From: a candidate division WWE3 bacterium RAAC2_WWE3_1
Lineage (GTDB): Bacteria > Patescibacteriota > WWE3 > UBA101185 > UBA10185
DNA length: 64,000 bases
Direction of reading: 5' to 3'
NCBI GenBank assembly: GCA_000503835.1
Contig: CP006914.1
Span: forward strand, 379,909-443,908
Shown one piece after another: positions 57,838-64,000 of the stretch. The notes under the pieces were generated by a model, which was not told the origin of the DNA, did not search any database, and worked only from the letters and a program-made list of their open reading frames with translations. The stretch's first letter is position 1. The number at the start of each line of letters is the position of its first letter. The position numbers and the translations under genes were made by a program.

Positions 57838-59232
57838 ATGCCCGATAGAATAGTAGAGATAAAAGAGAGTGAAATATTCAAACTCATTGATAAGAACCGT
57901 GCGCTTGACGCCACATATAAATTAGTCGAAACAATTTTAGAGACCACTGAATTTGACGAACTCACACAAAAAATAGCCGACATAATACCTAACGCCCTCG
58001 GATATGAATTGGGGATTCTGGCGTTGATAGACCATAAAAGTAACGTCCTAAGAAAAATCTCTCTCTCAAAGGGCATGGGGGACACAGAAAAACAGGTGCA
58101 ATTAGAGGAATTTTTCGGAGAGCTGACGATACCTTTCGGCTACGCGGACAACATTTGTATACAATCTATAGAAACCAAAAAACAGGTGGTCAGTCCTTAC
58201 ATATGGGATGTTTTCAAACCGACTTTAACCAGACAACAGGCAGAAAGCATCCAGGAAATAACAGGAACAAGATCACATATTGTAACCCCGCTGTTCTCGC
58301 ATGATAGGGTTATCGGTGCAATCATAGTAAGCCTCGCCAAAGAGGTTGATAAAGTAACTGATTTCGAAAAAGAAATGCTGAAAAAATTCTCCGAAAGTGC
58401 GGGTGTCGCAGTAGAGAACTCAAAACTTTACACAAACCTAAAAAGGGCCAAAGAAGATTTGCACAAAGCGTACGAAAATATGAAAGTGTTAAACACCCTG
58501 AAAGATGAGTTTCTCTCCGTGGCTTCTCATGAACTTAGAACTCCCATGACAATAGTAAAAAGCTATCTTTGGATGCTGGAAAAACAAAAAGCCGGAAAAT
58601 TGAACCAAAAACAACTTGAATATCTTAATAAAGCTTTGGTAGGTACCCAGAGAATGATTTCCCTTATAAACGATATGCTGGACATTTCCAAGTTCGAGAG
58701 GAAGAAGGTTTCGTTCTCTATTACTCAAATCAACCTTGTCAATGTCATTAAAGACGTACTCTCTAACTTTGACGTCAGGGTAGGGGAGAAGGGTTTAAAG
58801 TTAGAATTCAATTCTCCGACGGATGAGGTTCTGGTCGACGCTGATCCTGAAAAGCTGAGAGATGTGTTCACAAATCTGGTGGAAAACGCAGTGAAGTTCA
58901 CGAAGGAAGGTACCATATCCATATCGATAGAGGAGTACGAAGAGTTTTACAGAATTTCCATAAAGGACACCGGGGCGGGTGTGGACAAAAAAGACCTTCC
59001 CAAGCTTTTCCATAAGTTCGGGAGGATAGACAACAGCTACACTATCGCCACCGATTCGGGAGGCACGGGCCTGGGATTGTACATTGTAAAGCTCTACATT
59101 CACGGTATGGGTGGGATGGTAGGAGCCGATTCAGAAGGTATCGGAATGGGAAGCACTTTTTGGATTACTCTTCCGAAAAACAAAATTAAAAAGTTCGGTG
59201 TCAGTTTAAGACAGGTTGAGATACCAGTTTAA
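57838..59232 (+). CDS. Soluble GAF-domain sensor histidine kinase
   Basis: SHELRTP H-box, NAVKFT, DTGAG, GGTGLGL; no TM. Confidence 0.93.
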   Translation: MPDRIVEIKESEIFKLIDKNRALDATYKLVETILETTEFDELTQKIADIIPNALGYELGILALIDHKSNVLRKISLSKGMGDTEKQVQLEEFFGELTIPFGYADNICIQSIETKKQVVSPYIWDVFKPTLTRQQAESIQEITGTRSHIVTPLFSHDRVIGAIIVSLAKEVDKVTDFEKEMLKKFSESAGVAVENSKLYTNLKRAKEDLHKAYENMKVLNTLKDEFLSVASHELRTPMTIVKSYLWMLEKQKAGKLNQKQLEYLNKALVGTQRMISLINDMLDISKFERKKVSFSITQINLVNVIKDVLSNFDVRVGEKGLKLEFNSPTDEVLVDADPEKLRDVFTNLVENAVKFTKEGTISISIEEYEEFYRISIKDTGAGVDKKDLPKLFHKFGRIDNSYTIATDSGGTGLGLYIVKLYIHGMGGMVGADSEGIGMGSTFWITLPKNKIKKFGVSLRQVEIPV

Positions 59233-60096
59233 TATTTCAATACCCCAGACAAAAGCAACCAGACTTCCCAGAATCAGGAACGGGCCGAACGGTACAACAC
59301 TTTTTAGTGTTTTTTTGCGGGACAGAACAAGCCCGATACTTACAACCGCTCCTATAAAAAATCCCAGAAATACTGCTAACAAATTGTACGGAAAACCATT
59401 CACCAGTCCGACAAGTAACCCAAGCCTTATGTCTCCGCCACCCATACCTCTTCCGCGCGTTACCCAAACAATAAAGAAAAAGAATAAGGCGATAGCTATA
59501 GCAGAAACAAAATTAAAACCGAGAGAACGCACCGCTGTCTCAACCTGACTCTCAAAAAATCCTGCTTTTAACAGATAGCGCCCGAAGTCATCATTCTGCA
59601 GTCTGTCTCGATACTCGTACAGATTGATTACCGTTGTTGATAAATTAAAAAGCGCAACAAAAATTATGGCGGGAACTACTATTTTATCGGGAACAAGTAA
59701 ATATTTAAGATCCGTGAGCAATAGAATCTCAAAAAATGAAAATACTACGGCCAAAAAGAGAAACCCTACTAAAGTAGAGACGGAAAAGGGTTCGAAAAAA
59801 GAAAACTTTGACAGAGTCGCGGCAAGAACCAAAAACAGCCCGGCGAGTACTTCGGAAAAAGGGTGGTACCACGAAAGACCGGTCTTACAATACGAACACT
59901 TTCCTTTCTGCACCAAGAATGAAATAACCGGAATAAGGTTGAGGGGTTTTAATTCCTCTCCGCACTTATCGCATTTCGAATGATCGGCGACGATTTTTCC
60001 GCCCTTTACAACACGGTCCGAAACAAGATTTAAAAAAGAACCCAGAGCGGTTCCGAAAATAAAAATAAGACCAAGATTGATATAACTTAACACCAT
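59206..60096 (-). CDS. pilD: Prepilin peptidase
   Basis: GSFLN, SKCDKC..CSYC, TDLK, MGGGD, VPFGPFL. Confidence 0.93.
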   Translation of the reverse strand: MVLSYINLGLIFIFGTALGSFLNLVSDRVVKGGKIVADHSKCDKCGEELKPLNLIPVISFLVQKGKCSYCKTGLSWYHPFSEVLAGLFLVLAATLSKFSFFEPFSVSTLVGFLFLAVVFSFFEILLLTDLKYLLVPDKIVVPAIIFVALFNLSTTVINLYEYRDRLQNDDFGRYLLKAGFFESQVETAVRSLGFNFVSAIAIALFFFFIVWVTRGRGMGGGDIRLGLLVGLVNGFPYNLLAVFLGFFIGAVVSIGLVLSRKKTLKSVVPFGPFLILGSLVAFVWGIEILNWYLNLS

Positions 60097-60182
60097 ATAG
60101 CAGATTCTCGCACCTTTTTAAAAATTGCACAACAAAAAAGGCCCCCGTTAGAGAGCCTTTCTCGCTGATTGCCGGCAACCAA

Positions 60183-60695
60183 CTAAGGAAGTATCAAAAG
60201 ACTTGTACCAGCTTCATATGCTGCTGCATTATTTCCTCCGTCCGTAGTCATCTTCGCTGTGTTGTCCGCGTGTTCTAGCACAACATTGACCTCGAAATCA
60301 GTTGCTGTGGATCCGAATGTGTATACGTGCGTGCCCACTGCAGATACTGTGCCGTTAATAGGATCTATCGGCAAAACAGGAACGAACTTCGAAAGCCCTG
60401 TCTTTCCTGTCGGGATCGAGAACTTTACCCAACCCGTACCGTCCAGACCTCTGTTCGTTTCGGTACTTGTACAGCTCGCGCAGACACCTGTCGGACTGAG
60501 AGTAATCTCAGTATCGGTAAGAGCCAAGTTAATAGCTTTGGTTAATGAGTCAATGTCGGACAGTCTTTTCGCATCTCTTGATTTCTGGATCATCGACTGA
60601 GGATTAATAGCAACTAACAGAGCACCTGCTAAGATACCTACGATGGCAATAACCACCAAAAGCTCGACTAATGTAAAACCTTTTTGTTTTCTCAT
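60183..60695 (-). CDS. Type IV pilin, candidate major pilin
   Basis: G/FTLVELL; GGAGGTG SD; hairpin with T-tract downstream. Confidence 0.9.
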   Translation of the reverse strand: MRKQKGFTLVELLVVIAIVGILAGALLVAINPQSMIQKSRDAKRLSDIDSLTKAINLALTDTEITLSPTGVCASCTSTETNRGLDGTGWVKFSIPTGKTGLSKFVPVLPIDPINGTVSAVGTHVYTFGSTATDFEVNVVLEHADNTAKMTTDGGNNAAAYEAGTSLLILP

Positions 60696-60740
60696 AGTAG
60701 TTCTATCTTTTTCACCTCCTCGCTCAATAAAATCTTTTAA

Positions 60741-61943
60741 CTAGATTGACTGTGTAATTTTGTAAATAGGTGTAATGATCGAGATGATTAAAAATCCTAC
60801 CATAACACCCAATATAATGAGTATGATAGGTTCGAGCGCGGCTGACAAGCCTTTTACTTTATTATCCACTTCGCCCTCATAATATATGGCAACACGATCC
60901 AGTACCTCATCCATCTTTCCTGTTTCTTCCCCGACATTTGCCATTTGCGAGAGAAGGGGAGGGAATTGTTCTGAAGATTTAAAAAAGCTGGAGAGTGATG
61001 TTCCTTTTTCAACCTGTCTTGCCGCGTTCAGCACGGCCATTCTGAATGTGGGGCTGGACATGACGGTCGAAACTATTCCCAGTGCCTCAACTATAGGGAC
61101 TGCCGAGTTTATGAGCAAGGCCAGGGTTTTGCTGAATTGCGCAAAATCCTTGTCCTTGTTTATTTTCCCAAAAACAGGGAGCCTCATTGTTACTTCCGCG
61201 ATATAATATTTCCCTTTGTCACTTTTTGCGTAATACCTGATCGCAAGCACCAGCGCGGCGGCAATGATGGATATCACAACTATATTTTTGACCATAAAAT
61301 CCGAGGTTGAGATCATCACGCGCGTCACTATAGGAAGCTCGACATCCATACTTTTGTACATGTCCGCAAGTTTGGGGACGACAAAAACCATAAGTACCAC
61401 GAATACACCGATCATTGCTATCATGACAACAATGGGATATATCATCGCACCTTTGAACCTGGAATTCAGATCCCTCTGGGCTTCCATATTGTCAGCCAAT
61501 CTTTTTAAAATAATATCCATTTTGCCTGAAGATTCTCCGGCTTTCACAAGTGCCTGATAAGTAACCGAAAATACTTCCGGGTATCTTCCGAGTGCCGTAG
61601 AAAGCGAGGCGCCCCCTTCAACATTTCTTAGAATATCGTAGATGATCTTTTTAAAATTCTGGCTTTGAGTTTGAGCGGCCAGCACTTCCAGGGCACGGGA
61701 AATAGGCAGTCCTGCCGAAATCATGGTAGAAAACTGTCTCGTAAATGTGACAACATCCCCTTGGGAAACTCCGCGAAAATTCAAAAACGTATCGAAAATG
61801 GTTTCTCTCTTCTCCTGGATGGAAATAACATACATCCCCTGGCCTTTTAACAAGGACACCGCAAGATCTTTGGTCCGTGCGTCGACAGATCCGCCGACCG
61901 TCTTTCCTGCCATGTTCTTAGCTGTATACGTGTATATCGCCAT
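60741..61943 (-). CDS. pilC: Type IV pilus platform protein
   Basis: FTRQFSTMISAG, GESSG, AMIYP, GEETG, LEP. Confidence 0.95.
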   Translation of the reverse strand: MAIYTYTAKNMAGKTVGGSVDARTKDLAVSLLKGQGMYVISIQEKRETIFDTFLNFRGVSQGDVVTFTRQFSTMISAGLPISRALEVLAAQTQSQNFKKIIYDILRNVEGGASLSTALGRYPEVFSVTYQALVKAGESSGKMDIILKRLADNMEAQRDLNSRFKGAMIYPIVVMIAMIGVFVVLMVFVVPKLADMYKSMDVELPIVTRVMISTSDFMVKNIVVISIIAAALVLAIRYYAKSDKGKYYIAEVTMRLPVFGKINKDKDFAQFSKTLALLINSAVPIVEALGIVSTVMSSPTFRMAVLNAARQVEKGTSLSSFFKSSEQFPPLLSQMANVGEETGKMDEVLDRVAIYYEGEVDNKVKGLSAALEPIILIILGVMVGFLIISIITPIYKITQSI

Positions 61944-61945
61944 AC

Positions 61946-63019
61946 CTATTTCACCATTTTAGAATCTATTAAGCGTCTAAAATCTTCGGGTCTTAAGGTG
62001 TACTTTATACCTTCCTGGAAATCGACAAGTCCGTTATTCACCAGATAAGCTATTGATCTGTCTAAACTCACCATTCCCACCTGAGAACTGGTATTAATGA
62101 CGTTGTCTATCATGTGAGCTTTACCTTCGCGGATCAAATTCTTCACGGCGTCACTTCCCAGCATTATTTCCACGGCCGGGACTACACCTTTAGTGGGGGA
62201 GGGTATTAATCTTTGTGAAATGACTACTTCCAGCACTTGCGATAGCTGAACCCTTACTTCATTCTGCTTTTCCGAAGGGAAGGACGAAACTATTCTTTCG
62301 ACGGTCTGCGAAGCAGAATTGGTGTGTAAGGTGGCAAAAACCAAATGTCCTGTTTCGGCAATTTCCAGCGCGGAAGAGATTGTTTCCGAATCCCTCATTT
62401 CACCGACGAGAATGACATTGGGATCCTGTCGGAGCATGGATTTTAAGGCAACGGTCCAGTCGTGTGTGTCCAGAAACATTTCTCTTTGCTCAACTAAAGA
62501 TTTTTTATTGGCGAAAATGTATTCGATAGGGTCTTCGACCGTCAGTATGTGCTCGGGACGGTCTTCGTTTATTTTATCTATCATCGATGCTATGGTGGTC
62601 GATTTACCGTGACCGGTAGGTCCCACGACCAATATCAACCCCGACTTTATCCTGCATAGATTCACCAAGTAAGGAGGAAGGTTTAGGGCCTCAAGGGAGG
62701 GTATCGACATAGGTATGTGACGTAGAGCCGCCGAAGGGTATCCTTTTTGAAAAAACGCGTTGACCCTAAACCTGGCCTTGCCACCGAGCGCAACCGAAAA
62801 ATCCAGCTCTTTATTAACTTCCAGTACTTCTCTTTGCTGAGTGTCCAGTATTTGTGAGAGGAAGTATTCGACGTCATCGACCGTAAGTACATCAAAATCT
62901 TCGAGCGTGGAAAGGACGGTCTTGATCCTAACATAAGGCTTACTTCCCACAGAAACGTGCAGATCCGACGCATTCAGCGAAACGACCCTTTCTAATAGTT
63001 GTGTTGCATTAAGTTTCAT
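61946..63019 (-). CDS. pilT: Type IV pilus retraction ATPase
   Basis: ASDLH, GPTGHGKST, EDPIE, LRQDP, GEMRD, AETGHLV, NLIRE. Confidence 0.95.
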   Translation of the reverse strand: MKLNATQLLERVVSLNASDLHVSVGSKPYVRIKTVLSTLEDFDVLTVDDVEYFLSQILDTQQREVLEVNKELDFSVALGGKARFRVNAFFQKGYPSAALRHIPMSIPSLEALNLPPYLVNLCRIKSGLILVVGPTGHGKSTTIASMIDKINEDRPEHILTVEDPIEYIFANKKSLVEQREMFLDTHDWTVALKSMLRQDPNVILVGEMRDSETISSALEIAETGHLVFATLHTNSASQTVERIVSSFPSEKQNEVRVQLSQVLEVVISQRLIPSPTKGVVPAVEIMLGSDAVKNLIREGKAHMIDNVINTSSQVGMVSLDRSIAYLVNNGLVDFQEGIKYTLRPEDFRRLIDSKMVK

Positions 63020-63043
63020 AATTTTATCCTCTCCTTATCTTAT

Positions 63044-64000
63044 TTACTTGGCGACCCTCAATACCTCTTCGAGCGTTGTCATACCTTCAACAATGCGAAG
63101 GTAACCGTCCTGAAGCAAGGTCAACATGCCAAGTTTTACCGCAGTTTCGTGAATCTTGCTTGATGGGGCGTTCTCAAGGATAAGGTGTGATATTTCTTCG
63201 GACATGTAGAGAAGTTCAAAAATTCCCAGTCGTCCTCTGTAACCGACGTTGCCGCATTTCGGACAACCTTTTCCGCGCCATAACATGAGTTTTTCTTTAC
63301 CGCTCACATTTTTCAAGATCTTTGAAATCTCAGGGTCTCTGGCTAATAACACTTTGTTCTCAGCAACTTCCGCCATTATTTTCTTTACACTTTCCTGTAC
63401 CTCTTCGGGAGGTTCGTATTCTTCTTTGCAGTCCACACAAATCTTTCGGACCAATCGTTGGGCAAGAATGGCATTAACAGTAGAGGCAAGTAAGAAATTC
63501 TCGACTCCCATGTCAAGCAGCCTGGGCAACGCACCTGCCGCTGAATTGGTGTGAAGAGTAGACAGGACCAAGTGTCCTGTAAGAGCGGCATGAACCGCGA
63601 GCTCTGCCGTATCTCCGTCGCGTATCTCACCGACCATGATAATGTTGGGGTCCTGTCTTAAAAATGATCTCAACCCGTCGGCAAAATTTAACCCCGCCTG
63701 AGGATTGACTTGTACCTGATTTACCCCCGGCACCCGTATTTCTACCGGGTCTTCCAGTGTGACGATGTTAACGCGAATAGTGTTCAATTTACTCAAAGCG
63801 GACGCCAAAGTTACGGTTTTCCCTGAACCTGTAGGACCTGTTACCAGAAGCATTCCGTTCGGCTTTAATGAAGCCTCTTCAAATCTTTTTAAAGTAGAAC
63901 CGCGCATACCGAGGTCGCGGAATGAAAAAACCGTACCTTCTTCTTTGAGCAACCTGATAACAACTTTTTCACCGTAAATAGTGGGCAGGGTAGAGATTCT
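63044..64000 (-). CDS. pilB: Type IV pilus assembly ATPase (partial; N-terminus outside the window)
   Basis: Frame open to the window edge (RISTLPTIYGEKVVIRL), GPTGSGKT, LRQDP, two CxxC, GYRGR. Confidence 0.95.
   Translation of the reverse strand, partial: RISTLPTIYGEKVVIRLLKEEGTVFSFRDLGMRGSTLKRFEEASLKPNGMLLVTGPTGSGKTVTLASALSKLNTIRVNIVTLEDPVEIRVPGVNQVQVNPQAGLNFADGLRSFLRQDPNIIMVGEIRDGDTAELAVHAALTGHLVLSTLHTNSAAGALPRLLDMGVENFLLASTVNAILAQRLVRKICVDCKEEYEPPEEVQESVKKIMAEVAENKVLLARDPEISKILKNVSGKEKLMLWRGKGCPKCGNVGYRGRLGIFELLYMSEEISHLILENAPSSKIHETAVKLGMLTLLQDGYLRIVEGMTTLEEVLRVAK

Noticed and set aside
1-64000. Alternative genetic code (TGA = Gly, as in Gracilibacteria/Absconditabacteria)
   Set aside because: Long conserved genes are intact under code 11 and TGA acts as a stop in ATGA overlaps.

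Overview
This is a bacterial chromosomal segment in standard genetic code 11. It looks like a Patescibacteria/CPR genome (Microgenomates/WWE3-like, by inference): domain-trimmed housekeeping proteins, a large type IV pilus locus with about 10 pilin-like genes and no secretin in the window, and many genes whose start codon lies 6-7 nt after a -10 box. Core content includes rluB-like, tsaC, tig-clpP, truB, thrS-infC-rpmI-rplT, pheST, a class A PBP, tyrS, recG-rsmD, rpmF-nusB-acp-rnc, rpsP-khpA-trmD, pilB/T/C/D/M/N/O, and tRNA-Pro(TGG), tRNA-Leu(TAG) and tRNA-Val(GAC). The best candidate for a new system is a small island behind tRNA-Pro. It carries an RRE-radical SAM-SPASM maturase translationally coupled to a 65-aa peptide with 16 Cys, each preceded by D, E or Q. 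A divergently transcribed, unannotated second precursor shares the leader motif LSxLGIxV but has an in-frame TAA exactly where the first peptide has GAA. Other notable items are a duplicated 5' half of tRNA-Leu with cassette-like insertions behind it, an acyl-carrier-like protein lacking the phosphopantetheine serine, a TA operator with paired TGTACA boxes, an ATA-initiated infC, and orphan mini-genes ending in similar hairpins.
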